Of a stretch of 64,000 nucleotides of DNA, positions 10,731 to 26,499 are shown one piece after another (the stretch's first letter is position 1; every line of letters begins with the position of its first letter). The notes under the pieces are model-generated. The model was not told the DNA's origin, ran no database searches, and was given only the letters and a program-made list of their open reading frames with translations. The DNA is from Neocallimastix sp. 'constans'. Its lineage: Eukaryota. The DNA is taken from positions 62,001 to 126,000 of the forward strand of contig JBODTK010000101.1 of NCBI GenBank assembly GCA_050613775.1, read 5' to 3'. Both the position numbers and the translations under genes were made by a program.

Positions 10731-12328
10731 TTATCCATAAATTGGATAGTTATTTGATTCATCTCTCCACCAATTTTCAACACCCATATCTACAAATTCT
10801 AATTTATCTGGAATATTACGATAATCTTCATTTAATGAAGTATAATCTAATGTATTAAGATTAACACCAAAACACATATCAGCTAATTCTGGGCATGTTA
10901 AGGAGTTAAAGATAGGACTATGAAGATAGTAATTGTATTGCTTATCAATTTCATCATTAATGTAACAATTATAGTTATGATCAATTCCATGATAATCAGA
11001 TAAGAAATTATTTTTATATTTTTCTAAAACATTAACATCATCATCCTTATCATGAATAGAAACATTTTCTTTGGGTAAAACATTAGTGCTTATCATCTCT
11101 CCTGTGGTATCCATCTTTTCAGAAAGGGTGGTATCACTCTTCTTTTGAGTTTGATGGGTTTGCATATCATCATATAATGAAACAGCAGATTTTGAAATCT
11201 TAATGGTTGGTAATGGATCTTGATTTTCTATTTCTTCATATTCATATTCATCACTTTCAGACTCTTCGGAATCGGATTCGGATTCTTCTGATTCACTATT
11301 TTCTTCTTCTATTTCAAATTCAGATTCTTCACTATTAATTGCTTCTTCCCTTTCAACTTCTTCATCACTTTCTTCAGCCTTTGAACTTTTCTTTTTTTCT
11401 ACTACTTCAACTTCTTCAGATTCAGATCCAGATCCAGATTCATCATCTTCATTATCAATTCTTGGATGTTCTGGGAAGAGATCAAAGTTAAAATCATATT
11501 TCTTATGAATATGGATTGGAAATTCTGGAGATTTTGGACTTGGTGGATAATTTTCATATTCATCTTCTTCTTCAGATATTTCTTCCATCATACTAGAATC
11601 TGACTCTTCTTCTGATTCATCTTTATCTGAAAAATTACTTTCACGCTTTGTTAAAATTGGTGATGGAGTTGGGGAGGCAGGTACACCACTAATAGTACTA
11701 CTCTTTCTATGTTTAACTTTACTTAATTTCTTTGATTTTTTATTATTTCTTCCAGATTTTTCAGTGTAGGACATATCATCACTACTTCCATTCATCTTTC
11801 TCATTTTCTTTGGTCTTATAATAATTTTATCATTATAGTAATCATCATCATCTTCATATTCACTTTCACTTAAATCACTTTCTGAATCAGATAAGGTATG
11901 ATATCTCTTTTTTGGATGACTACGTTTATTATGACTATTATTATTACTACTACTAACCACTGGACTTAATTTACTAATATTTATTTTTTTACTAAGTTGT
12001 GTCTCAAATTTATGTCTTTGATCCTTTACAATAGTCCAGTAACAACCTTTACCTGGATCTTCTTCGGTTCTTGGACATTTTACAAAGGAATTATTTAAGG
12101 ATAAATTATGACGAATAGAATTTTGCCATCCTGTTTCCGAAAGTCTATAAAATGGAAAATTGGTTGAAATCCATTCATAGATTTTATTTAATGGAAGCTT
12201 ATAATTTGGTCCGGATATGATTGCTTGCGCAATAAGTTCAGCATAAGAGTATGGTGGTTTTTGATTATTATTACTCATAGACTTTTTATTATCAAAAGAT
12301 GTAGTCTTTGATTTTTGGTTTTTCTTGT
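10731..12328 (-). CDS. Forkhead (winged-helix) transcription factor, main exon; long acidic Ser/Glu-rich region; no FHA domain seen
   Basis: Canonical forkhead domain [14 protein letters not shown]...[12 protein letters not shown]...[20 protein letters not shown]...PGKGCYW. The frame stays open 50 nt upstream of the ATG at 12278 up to an AG acceptor at 12329-12330. Confidence 0.95.
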
Positions 12329-12481
12329 CTAATTAATTTTTTTTTAAATAAAAAATTAAATATCTATTAAAAATTCCATTCTCTTTCTTCCTTAATTCAA
12401 TTTACTATTATTTTAAATAACTTTATTTTTTTTTTATCTTTTTCTCTTTCTTTTAAACTTTTAAAAATTTTAAATACTTAC
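12329..12481 (-). other. Spliceosomal GT-AG intron (153 nt)
   Basis: 5' GTAAGT and 3' ..AATTAG on the minus strand; AT-rich; joins both exons in frame. Confidence 0.75.
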
Positions 12482-12527
12482 GATAACGTGACTTTAAACT
12501 TGACATATTCATTTTGCCTACTTCCAT
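12482..12527 (-). CDS. Forkhead gene, upstream coding exon (MEVGKMNMSSLKSRY)
   Basis: ATG at 12527; 46-nt exon ends at a GTAAGT donor (12481-12476). Phase-1 join with the main exon is in frame (..SRY-H-KKNQKS..), giving about 547 aa. Confidence 0.75.
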
Positions 12528-15500
12528 TAACTAAATAAATTTTTTAATTTCTTAACTTTATTATTATTCAAGTATCAAAACTATATACTTTTTATTTTTA
12601 GTTGAACTTCTTTTTTTTTTTTATTTAATTGATTTAAATAAAAATTAAAAAAAAAAAAAGTTATATTATTAAATTATTTTTAAGACTTTATACAAAATAT
12701 TTACAACTTTTTTTTAAACTACAAAAAAAAAAAAAAAAATAGAATTATTTAAATTATTTCTATTATATTATTTAAATATTCTAATTTTTTTTTTATATAC
12801 ATATATTAGGTTTTGATAATTATGATGGTTTCCTTTTTTAAAAAAAAAAAAAATTTAAAACAAAAAAGATATTTTATAATAGTATTAAGTGAAAAAAAAA
12901 ATTAAATGATAGTAAATGCTTTTTAAAATAAAATAAAAAGATAGTTTTATAATTTGTATTAATGGTTTTTTTATTTTGTTCTTTATAAAGAATTTTTAAA
13001 TGTTCTATTAAAAAAAAACTAAAAAAAAAAAAAAAATTATATTATCTATATTTTTTTAAACTTTATATCTAAAACTAATAGTATTATTTTTTTTTCTACT
13101 TTAACTCTAATAGGTAAAAAAAAAAAAAAAAAAAAGAATAAAAATAATTAAAAGTATCAATAATTTTATATGATATAAATACTTTTTAAATTTTTTCTCT
13201 TTTCTTCTTTTTTTTTTTTTTTATTATTTCTTCTATAAAGGTTCCCTTTTAAATACTTTCTAAAAGTATTTATCTTTCTATATTTTTTTTCTTTCTATTT
13301 TTTATAAAGATATATTTTAATTTTCTCTCTTTATATTTATACTATTCTTTTTTTTTTATTATTATTATTATTAAAATATTTTAATAAAAAAAAAAGGAGA
13401 GAGAACAAATTATATTATATGAAAACTTTAAATGAAAAAAAAAGTTATTAATACTTTAAAATATGTGTGAAGTAAAAAAAGAAAGAAAAAAAAAAAGTAA
13501 AAAAAAGACGTTCTTTTTTCTTTATTTTATATAATTTTTAAAATATTATTAAAATAAAATTAAAAAAATTAATTATATAAATATTAATATTAAAAAATAA
13601 AAAAATATACTAATTGTATTAAAAAAAAAATTAAAACATAATGATATAATTAATATCATAAATTTTATTATATTAATAATAAAAGTTTTATGAAACACAA
13701 AAAATAAAAGAATAATAAATATAGTTATTTAATTATAATTTTTTTTTTTTTTTAAACATCCTTGGAGTGATTAAAACTAATTTAATAATTATTTTTTGTG
13801 TTTTATTAACTTTTATTACATATATAAAGAATTATACTAACACATATATTAAATTTAATAAACTAAAATAATATACTTATAATATATATATCAGAAATAA
13901 AAAAAAAAATAAAAAAAAATACCTAGAATCTAAACAACCAATTTAATTTTTATATAAAATAAAAATAAAAAAAAAATAAAAATTTTAAGTAGTGCTTTAA
14001 ATCAATTTAATAAATTTCAATTGATTTTCCATATATTATTTAATATAATTATTTATACGTTACAATAATATATTATAATATATTTAAAAAAAATTGTAGG
14101 GAAATGATGACATTTAAAAAAATAATAAAAAATAAAAAAAAAAAATTATTTATTATTAAAATTATATAGTTAATATTAATAATAAATAAATAAATTATAA
14201 ATTATATAAAAATAGATTTTTATTATTTAATAAAATTTATAACAATTCAAAAAAGTTTAATCATAAAACTAGACTTACTTTTATATTTCGATTCATTTAT
14301 TTGTTTATATATTATCAATATATTGTAATATATTATATAATAATGTTTGACAGTATTTATTACTTAATTTAAAATGATTACAAATTTTATTACATTGATT
14401 ACAAATCATTAAAATTAATTAAATTTTAATTATTAAATTGGTACCTTCCAGCGTCATATTAAATCAATATTAAATAATATATGATAATAAATCATTATTG
14501 TCATATATAATATTTATATTAATAATATATTTTAAAATATAAAGAAAAAACGAAAAAAAAAAAAAGTTAATTCTTTAAATAATAAACTAATAAACTAATA
14601 AAAAATTGAAATCATTTTTTTATTTATAAATTTTTAATATTTAATTATTGATCAATTATTATTAATAAATTAATAAATAAATAAATAAATAAATAATTTT
14701 TTATTAATCATTAAACTTTAATGATATTTAATTATTGAACTATATTAAAATAAAATGAACTTTCTAAAAAGTTGAACTTTTTAATTTTTTTTTTTTTTAA
14801 AAAAAAAAATTAATAATAATAGAATAATAATAGAATAAAATTAAAAGCTAACCAATATATTCCAATCCACTTTCCCATATATATTAAAACAATCAAATAA
14901 AAATGAATTTTTATAGTCTACATATAATAATAATTTATATAAAATGATAGAATAAATAAAAAAAAAATAATAAAAAATTTAAAATTAAAATTAATTTACA
15001 AAAATGAATGATGAATTTAAATTTGATAATATAATAAGCTACAATGAATAATTAATAATGAAAAACTATAATAAATAAATTCTTTTTTTTTTTTTTTTAT
15101 TAAATAGTCTATTAAATAGTATATTATTAAGTAAATTGTATCATTTCTCTTTATATACATCTATAATATATTATTTATTATTATTTATATTACTATTTAA
15201 TTTAATAAATTTTTCTTTTTTTTCCTTTAAAATAAAATTATATATATTAAATAACAAACTAGAACTCTATTAAAAATATATATAAATAATATATATAATA
15301 TAATAAAAAATAATTTTATGAATTTCCTTTTTTATTCAATTATTTTATACTTTGCTTTGTATAAATATATATTTAGAGTTGATTCAATACAAATAGAATG
15401 AAATAGAATCATTATATTATATATTATTATATAGTATTACATATTATTATTATATAGTATTATATATTATATATATTGTAATATATTATTTATTTTTGTC

Positions 15501-16650
15501 AAGGTTGAAATTACATTTTAAAATCTTTTCTAAAAAAAAAAGAAAAAAAGAAAGAAAGAAAGAAAAAAAGAAAAAAAATCATTACATAAAATAAAAATAA
15601 TATATGGATCATGCATAAATAATTGTATAGCTCATTAATCGAATCAATTTATATGAATAATATATTATGATAATTTAATGATTTTTACTAAAGAATAAAA
15701 AGAATATTAAAAAGAGTTTAATAAAAATTTAAATATAAAAAAAAATAATAATAATAAAAATTAAATAAATCAATAACTAATAAAAATAATAATTTTTGAA
15801 TTATTAATTAATTATTAAATAATTTATCATTAATATAACATAATAATTCTAAAAAAAAAAAAAAAAAAAAAGTTTAATATTTCATTATATTTAAATAAAA
15901 ACCTTTATTTCATACATATTTCAATTATAATATTTTATTCAATTTGTACTTTCATACTTCAACTATCTATTATTTTATTCTATTCCTATTTTATTCTATT
16001 CCTATTTTATTCTATTCCTATTTTATTTTATTTTATTTTATTATATATAATTATATTATTCTATACTTTATAATTTGTTAAATACATATCTTTTTTTTTT
16101 TTTTTTGATTGTTCTATTGGTATTTCGAATGTATTAAGACTTTTTTCATTTTATATATTAACTTTGTAAATCATTATTGAAATAACCATATCTATATATT
16201 ATTTAATATTTTTTTATTCAAATCATTCGAATAAATATAGTAAAAAATGAACGGCATTTTCAAACTTTGTATGAATTAATTATTAAAAAAAAATTTAAAT
16301 AATGAATGATTTATTTGAATTTATTAACAAAAAAAATATTATTATTATTAATAAGAAAAAAAGAAAAAAAAAAAACTAAAATTCAATCTAATTGCTTTGG
16401 GTTAACTTTTTAATAATAAAAATATAAAAAAAAAAAAGATAATCCTTTTTTATTGAATTCTATCACCATCATAATTATTATTATTATATTATTCATTTAA
16501 TATGGTGATTGAATTTGGTCTTAATACCCTTTTTTATTATTATTATTATTATTATTATATTATTATAAAAAATTATAATGTTATATTAAAAGAAAAGAAA
16601 AAGATTTCCATAATAAAACTTGATATAAAATATTTTATTAAATAAAAAAC

Positions 16651-16713
<63 letters not shown>
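16651..16713. repeat. (AAT)n microsatellite
   Basis: About 21 perfect units. Confidence 0.9.
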
Positions 16714-16715
<2 letters not shown>

Positions 16716-17414
16716 TTTTAAAACATTTTTATATTTAACTTTATCTTTGAATAAAAAATTTAATTGATTATTTCATTTTATTAACTTAATGATATTAGGA
16801 ATACAACATATATTTTAAATATATTTCCATATAAATAAAACTAATAAAAATATTTATTCACCATTAAATTCAAATTGAATCGATAATTAATTACGAATTG
16901 AAACTTTAATTTTTTTTTTTTTTTTTAAATAAATTCGCGAAATTTTTGAATTTATTTTATTATTATTATTATTATTATTAATTCTAATATATATCAATTT
17001 ATAACATAATATATGTTTATGATATTTAATATATTAAATAATTAATTTAAATTAAATAACCAAAAAAGGTAAAAAAAAAAATATTATAGATAAATATTAA
17101 TGGACTGAAAAAAGGCTGATTTAATTTTATTAAATTATATATAGTAAATATAGTAAATATATTTTATTTATACTTTTAAATATATTATACAATTATTTTA
17201 ATATTTTTTATTTTATGATTTATTAAATATACATATTAACAATAGATGGTACTATTAATATATAGTCTAAATTATTCATTAAATTTACATTTTGTATTTT
17301 TGTATTACATATATTTAATATATGATATAACATATTTCGTATTATAGATTCTATTTCATTTCAGATTATAGATTCATTGACTTTCATTTATTAAATAACT
17401 ATTTAAATACTTTT

Positions 17415-17446
<32 letters not shown>

Positions 17447-17597
17447 CGTACCACTAAAATAATATATATAACTTGTTATTATTATAAGGTGATAATGTAA
17501 TTTTATATTTTGTACATTATAAAAATGAACTATCGATAATAGTGAAGCAATTTTAAGATAAACTTCTACTACAAGTAATTTCCTCTTCAATAAATAC

Positions 17598-17628
<31 letters not shown>

Positions 17629-18177
17629 TGATGATGATAGTATAGCATCACTACAGCTAATTAAAATAAAAATAAAAAAAAATCATTCTATCTTATTTTT
17701 TAAGATAATATAAAATAGATTCATTAAGGAATTAGTATATTTTCCTTTTTATATATATATATATTCTTTAAATATGAAATTATTTTCCTTTTAAGGATAA
17801 CTATGGATTATCTTTTTTGCCAAAGTCTTTCAAACATTTTAAATAAAAAAAATAATAATAATAAAAAGGAAAGAAAAAAAAAATGGAAATAGGAAATAGG
17901 AAATAGGAAAAACTTAATAATTAATCTATAATATAATAATAAAATAGATATAATTTTCTTTTAATTTTTTTTTTTTTTGTTATTGTATTTTCTTCTTAAG
18001 TGGAATATTAATTTAGGAAAAAAAAAATAAAAAAAAGGGGTGAATGTATCAATGAATAAAAAGAAAACTAAAATTTTATGTAAACTTGTACCTTTTTTTT
18101 TTTTTACTTTTAATTATATATAGTGATATTAATAAAAGAAAAAAAATATATATCTATCACTCCTCTCTTTTCTATTA

Positions 18178-18221
<44 letters not shown>

Positions 18222-18340
18222 TTACTATTGATAATTTTATTATAAATGATAATTTATTTTTAAATTGGTAACTTACATTCTAAAGACCGATCATATTAAA
18301 AAGAAAAAAAAAATTTATTTTATTTTACTTGTTTAATCAT

Positions 18341-18371
<31 letters not shown>

Positions 18372-20354
18372 TCTATTTATTTATTCACTTATAGATATAT
18401 ATATATAATATTTTTTTTAATAACAATAATAATAATATTAATAATAATAATAATTTGGTTTCCGTCCCAATCGGTAATTTAGTTTCAAAATAGCTAAAAG
18501 AAAAAAAAATATCATCTTTAACTCTATGTAATGAAAATAATAATAATAATAATAAAATAATTTTCTAGTATTATTTAATAGTAAAAAAAGATAGACTTTT
18601 TCGAAATTAAATAATTTAAAGATAATACTAATAATAATAATAATACTAAGTTGTAAAATTAAATTTTGATACTAAATAATTAGTGTGGTATAATTAATTT
18701 TACTATCTAATTTAATTAATAGTTTTAATTTTATTAATATTATTGATATAAATTATAATATTAATAGGAAAAATATATATATATATATTATTCATTTTAA
18801 TTTATTAATAATGGAGATTAATATTATTATTATCATTATCATTATCATTATACTTTTCTCTACCTAAATAATATTTAATAAAATAAAATAATATTTAATA
18901 AAATAAAATAATAATAATAATAATAATAATTAAAATGGAAGTATTTAATATTAATAAATAGTTAATTCTTTAAATACATTCATTTTAATTTTAATTTTTA
19001 TTTAATTTTATTTTAATTTTATTTTAATTTTATTTAATTTTTATTCTTATTACTTATTCTTTTTACTTATTCTTTTTACTTATTTAAATATATTTAATTT
19101 TTATTTTACAATGATGAATTCTTAACACTTTTTTTTTTTATCAATAAACATTTTTATTTTATTTATTATTTCATTTCATTATTAAATAAAAAAAATATCT
19201 ATATTTATTAAGTTTTATTTTATTATAATGTGGTTTATTATATTTTATTTTTTACTTTTATTTCAATGACAATTTCAATTTCAAAAAATAATACAAAATA
19301 TAATAATACAAAATATAATAAAATAAAATATGAAATATGAAATATAATAAAATATAAAATATAAAATATAAAATATTTATTTTATTATATTTTAATAAGT
19401 ATTTTTTTTTTTTTTATTATCTCTTCATTAAAAAAAAATTCCATATTTGGTAATTTTCTAAAAAAAATGAAATAGATTAAATTTTAATAATTAATAATAA
19501 TTTAATAACTTTAAAAAAAATTAATTTTATTTTATTTTATTTTATTTTATCTTGACTATTTCATGATAATAATTAAAATAATAAATAAAAAAAATAAAAA
19601 CTTAATTTCTAATAAATAATAAAAATAAATTTAATATATCTTTGTATATATATAAATAATATATAAATGAATAGATAATAAATTGAAAAGAATAAAATAT
19701 TAAATTAGATTGACCTAATTAATTTCCTATATATTAATAATTAATTAATTATATATGAATCAAAAAAAAATTTTTTTTAAATAAATCAAATGAAATCATA
19801 TATTATTTTAAACTCTTTATATATTTTTTTTTAATTTTTAAGTTTTAATAAAATTTAATTAAATTTAATTAAAAAATAAAGGTTAAGTTTGGTGTAAAAT
19901 AAAATAATAAATAAATAAATATATAAAAATGTATATACTTATTTAAAATAAATATTAAATAAATATTAAAAAGAATATAAATAAATAAAAATAAATAAAT
20001 TTATTAATATATATCCAATTAGATATATAATTTATTACTTATTATAGTATCATCTAACCTAATCCATGAGTCTTATAAATAAAGTTTTTTTTTTTAATTT
20101 ATTATATATTTTAATTTTTTTTTTCTATTTTAACTTTTTTTTTTTTTTATTATCAGATAATTTTTTAATTTTTTTGTTCGCGAACCAAATTAGAGTAAAT
20201 TTAATTTAGTTAAAGCAGATGATGTATTAATTTATAAAATATATTATTAATATAAAGTAATATATGATTTTTTAATTTAATCATTAATTTTAATTTTTAC
20301 AATATAAAATTAATAAATCAAATAATTAATCTGTTTTTAAAAAAAAAAAGAAAA

Positions 20355-20745
20355 CAATAATAAAATCATTCTCAACTAATGAAAAAAATAATTAGAATAA
20401 CATCATTCGTAATAATTAAAAAAAAGAATAATAAAATCATTCTTAATAATTAAAAAGAATAATAAAATCATTCTAAATAATTAAAATAAGAATAATAAAA
20501 TCATTCTAAATAATTAAAAGAAGAATAATAAAATCATTCCTTGAATTAAAAAGATAATAAAATCATTCTTAAATAATGAAAGGAAGATTAATTAAATCAT
20601 TCTCAATAATTAAAGGTTGATTAATAAAATCATTATTAATAATTAAAAGAAGATGAATAAAATCATTCTCAACTAATTAAGAGAAATAATAAAATCATTC
20701 TTTTAATTAAAAAGGATAATAAAATCATTTATCAATGATTAAAAG
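20355..20745. repeat. Degenerate minisatellite, about 12 units of ~30-38 bp, core AATAAAATCATTCT
   Basis: AAATCATT recurs at near-regular spacing, each followed by (T)AATTAAAA..G. Confidence 0.85.
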
Positions 20746-21403
20746 AAAAAGAAGAATATTATTACCAATAATTAATAATTAAAAAAAAAAAGAGTATTTT
20801 CATTATAATTAATTTTTTGATTTTTAAAGTTTTAATCATGAATTACTATTAATCTAATAGAATTATTTAAAATAAAATAAAATTACTATTATCACCGATA
20901 ATATTATTCATAATTAGTATTTTAAATAGTTTAAAATAATAAAAAATATATATATATATAAAAAGATAAAAAATATATATATAATTTATCAATAATATAT
21001 TATGGATAGTATTAATGTAATATATATCCCATTTGTTATATGAATAAAAAAAATAAATTTAAAGTAAAAAAAAAAACTTTTTTTTTTTAGCATTAATAAT
21101 AAACTTATTTTATATATAATGGTTGAATAGATATTCAATCTTCAAACGTTCAGACCCTACTTATTTAATACCCTTTTTAAAAAAAAAGAAAATTCAATAA
21201 AACGGATATCAAAAAATACATTTATATACATATATAAATATATAAAAAAAAATTTAAAAAAAAAATATATATATATATATATATAAAATAAAATAAAATA
21301 AAATTGATAATAAATGAAGGATTTCATTTGTAATGAATTCCTTCAATATAATTGAAATAAACTAAACTAAAAGTTTAATTATTAATAAATTTTCAAAATA
21401 ACT

Positions 21404-21439
<36 letters not shown>

Positions 21440-22009
21440 TTATGACTATGAATACGATTATTATTATATAATATTTATTTTCTTAATTTTGGTTTTTATT
21501 GTATATATTTAAATTTATATTTTTTTATTTTTTTTTTTTTTTTAAACTTTTTTTTTTTTTATCTATTTTGAAATATAGAGGATAAACTATAACAAATTAA
21601 AATAAAGTATTATTTAAATGAAATGTATATATTAAATATAAGAAATGTATATATTAAATATAAGGTAAATATATTAAATAATATAATTATTATAATAATC
21701 CTAATATATATAGGAAGAGATTAAAATTATAAAATTAAATTAAATGAATAAATAAAAATAAAAATTCTACATAAAATTAAACATAAAATTAAACATAAAA
21801 TTAGACATAGAAATAAAATTACCCATAAATTTTCACATAAAAAAAATAAAAAATTAAATGAAAAAAGTTAAAAAAAAATAACTTTCCAGTAATAATCAGT
21901 TAAAAGTCATGAACAAGTTTATTTTGTTTTAAAAATAAAAAGTTATAAAAATAGTATAGAAATAAATGATGTTTAAATACAGGATTTAGTTTCCTAAAAT
22001 ATTTAAATA

Positions 22010-22053
<44 letters not shown>

Positions 22054-22578
22054 AAAACAAAAATTTAATTATAAAATAATAATAATTATAAATTAAAACA
22101 AAATAAGGTGATAATAAAATTCATAAAAAAAAGTGGATAATAATAATAAATTTAGGGTTGATTTTATTATGATTATTGTTTGTTTGTTTGTTTGTTTGTA
22201 TATTTATTTTACTATTATAATTACCTATCATGAATATAAAAAAAAAATTGTATAATTGTATATTTTATATTTTTTTTTAATATAATAAAAATAAAATTTA
22301 TGTATTTATACATATATTAATAGATGGTTTATGAATTTTATACTCATAAAAGGATTGACATTTTATAAAAAAAAAAAAAAAAAAGGAGTGAATATATAAT
22401 TTTTTGACAATAAGGAGAAATAAAAAATTAAATAAAAAAAAAAGTAGTAATAGAATAAAAAAAAATTTAAAAAAAAAAAATAGAAAATTAAAATAAAGAA
22501 AAAAATAAAATAAAGAAAATAAAGAAAATAAATTAAAAATATTAAAAAATTTAAATTAATGAAAACAATGATTTACAG

Positions 22579-22625
<47 letters not shown>

Positions 22626-23116
22626 CCCTTAAAAAATTTTGATATACTTATTAGAGTAATCATTTTTAATAAGAAAAAAAAAAAAAATTTTTTATTTTTT
22701 TAATTTCCTATACTTTATTTATTATTATTATTAAAGAGATAATCTATAATTAGTAGCTTTATTGGTTAGAGGTATTGGTTAATTGTCTTTTTTTTTAAAT
22801 TAAAAATACGATAAAAAAAAAATAAAATAAAAAAAAAAAAACACCTTTTAGACGAATGAATGAAAATTGCCCCCCATATAAAACTCAAAAAAAAAAAAAA
22901 AGGAAAATCACAGGAGGATCCATCCAAAAAAAAAAATCTTTTCTAAATGAAAGTAATCTTGAAGTCCTAACCGTCAGAAGATAAAAAAAAAAAAAAAAAA
23001 AAACTTTATTTATACTCTATAATAAATTTCAACTATTTCAACTATTTCAAAATTCAATTCCATAATTTTTGTTTTTTGTTTGTTTTAATAGGAAGGAATA
23101 GAAAGGCATGAAATAA

Positions 23117-23405
23117 AAAAAAAATAATAATATAAAAAAAATAATAATATAAAAAAAATAATAATATAAAAAAAATAATAATATAAAAAAAATAATAATA
23201 TAAAAAAAATAATAATATAAAAAAAATAATAATATAAAAAAAATAATAATATAAAAAAAATAATAATATAAAAAAAATAATAATATAAAAAAAATAATAA
23301 TATAAAAAAAATAATAATATAAAAAAAATAATAATATAAAAAAAATAATAATATAAAAAAAATAATAATATAAAAAAAATAATAATATAAAAAAAATAAT
23401 AATAT
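23117..23405. repeat. Perfect 17-bp tandem repeat (AAAAAAAATAATAATAT), about 17 copies
   Basis: Strict period of 17; source of the spurious ORF 23047..23424. Confidence 0.95.
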
Positions 23406-23934
23406 AAAAAAAAAAAAAAAACAATTTATAGTTGTTTAATTATATAATATATATATGAATATATATGAATCTATATTAAAAAATTTTAATAGGCTTTGAA
23501 CATTTTTTTTTTTTTTTTATTTTTTTTTTATTTATTTTTTTATTAAAATTTAAAGTTTGTGTTCATCTGAACAATATAAAAAAAACTATATTGGTAAAAA
23601 TAGATAGGAAAAAAAAAAAAAGAGGATGGAATATTTTCATATATTATAAATATATTGATAATATATATGATAAATATAATAAGAATAAAAACAATTGTAA
23701 TAAAAAAAATTTTAAAAAATTAATAAAAATTTAAATAAAAAATTAAATAAAAAAAAAATTTAAAACTATCCATTGATTTCGGAAAAAGCTGAATAAATTT
23801 GATTTTTAAAGGGTTAGTTCCATTTTTTTAGGGTTATGATAACAATCATATTATTGGATTAAAAAGAAAAAAAAAATATATATATATATTATTATATACA
23901 ATATATTATAATAAAAAAAAAATGTCAAAAACAA

Positions 23935-23968
<34 letters not shown>

Positions 23969-26499
23969 GTAGTAATAATAATAATAATAATAATGATTTA
24001 ATATTAAATCAACTAAAATAAAAAATAGATTTATTTCTATTTAATCTATTTTTTCCTTTTCTTTTTCTTTATAATAACAACTAATCATATTAAAAAAAAA
24101 AAATTAATAAATTATATCCACAATTGATGAAAAAAAAAAAATAGAATGTATATAATTATCAATTAAAAAATAATATCCTTTTTTTTTTTATCTATTGAGA
24201 AGAATATTTAAAAATCAAATAATAAAATCAAATAAATAAAAAAGAAAGTAGAAAATAGAAATATATGCGTATATAATTATTAACTTATTTATATAATCTT
24301 TAGAAGTAAAGAAATAGAAAAAATACTTATCACATACATATATATAATAAGAAACAATTTCTAAATTATGAATAATATAGATAATGAGAGGGAATATAGG
24401 AAAGAATATAAAATAAATAATAAAAACTTTTATATTTGTTAAAATATGATTATTATTATTTTTTTTTAGGTTAAAAGAAGGAAATAATAAAAAAATATTA
24501 TTATTTATTTTTAATATAGTATTTTATTTTTATTTTTATTTTTATCTTTATTTTTTTTAAATATATTTTTTTCATCGTTTTTTTTTATTATTTTATATTT
24601 TTTTATTATTATATAATTTTTATTATTTGATATTTAAAGTTTTAAATATAGTCCATTTAGAGTTAAGTAAAAAAAAAAAATTTATATATATATATTTTTA
24701 TATATATTGTTTTATAATTTTATTTTTTTTTTTGTTAAGTCATTTATTTAATTATAATTATAAAAAAAAAAATTTATTTTATTTTATTTTAGGATAAACT
24801 AAATAATAAAAAATAAAAATAAAAAGTTTTATTAATAAATAAAGTTTTTTATTTTATTTATTTTTTTTTATATAAAGAAAAGTTTATATTTCAAAAAATA
24901 GTTAATCAAATTCCAATAAATTAAAAAAATAATATATTTATATTAATAGTTTAAATTATTATATATTAAAATATATTATGATTATGAAATGAAATTTTTT
25001 TTTTAAAAGGTTTTTAATGTATTGACATTTTTTTTTTATTATTATTATTAAAGTTTAAAAAATTAATATAATTATATATTAAAATATATAAATAGATAAA
25101 GTATAAATCCAAAATAGAAGATTCAAAGAATAAATAATAATAATACTACTATAATTTTTTTTTTATTATAAAAATAAATTTAGAATATACTATTTTTTTT
25201 ATCATCATTTTTAAATAACTGAAGTGAAATGATTGGCTATGAGTAAATTATCAATAAAAATTTAATTATTAAATTAATTATGAAGATAAAAAATTAATAA
25301 TAAAAAAAATTTAATAATAAAAAAAATTAATAATAAAAAAAAATTAATAAAAAATAATTGATGAGAATTATTGAAAAAAAAAAAATAAAATGGATGGTAA
25401 GGAAATTGGAATAAGAAAAAAATATAATAAAATATAATTAAATAGAATATTATAAAAAAAAAATTATTTATATTATATGTATATTTATATGAATATACAT
25501 TTTTGTATATGTCTTTTTTTTTTTTTTATAAAATAGAAATAATAATACTATTTGAAATTGAAAGTTAAATAAAATTTTTATAAAAATATGGCATGATTTT
25601 AAAAGTAGTTAAAAAAAAATCTTTTTATGGGAAATATTTTAACTTTGTTAAAAGGGAAGGCAATATTATTTTTTATGAATGAAAATAAAAAATTAATGGA
25701 TATCATATATAATATTCAATTTTTTTTTTTTTTCCCTTTAAATTATGTTAATTTATAGATGAGTGGATTTGTAAAAAAAAATTAAAAAAAAAATTATATA
25801 TATTTATTTAATTTTTTTTATTTTTTAATATTGATTGATATAATAAAAAAATTTTTTTTAATAAATAATTAATAAATGATTAATTAATAATGAACCTGAT
25901 AGGTATTATAAAAAAAAAAAAAAAAAAAAAAAAACAACAGCAGGAAGAAGAAACAAAGGATGAAATTGTATACATGTGTAATGAGTATATTCACTATTTA
26001 TAGTAATTTTTTATTATTTACATAATTATTAATTAATTAATTAATTATATGTATATATTTTTTTATTTTTTATTTTTGAAAAATATAATATAAATAGTAT
26101 ATTATATATATGTAAAAAATAAAAAATAAAAGAAACATAAAATAAAGTAATTACTTATATAAATAAAAATTAATTTAATTTATATTATTTAATAAAAAAT
26201 AAATAAACAAATAAATAAAAATATATGTATCTATTTATAATAAAAAAAAAAAAAAGGAGGAATATTTTATTTATTTTTTATTTTTTTGTATAGGATTAAA
26301 ATTAATTTTTTTTTTTTTTTTTTTTTAGTTGTATGAAATAAATTAGTTTAATTTATTTACAAGAATATTTGTTTATTAATTAATTAATAAATAAATTAAT
26401 AAAATATATAAAGAAATAAAAAAAAAAGGGCTTGTTTCATTTTCTTTTTATATTTATAATTCATTTTCTTTTTTATAATTCATTTTCTTTTTCATTTAT

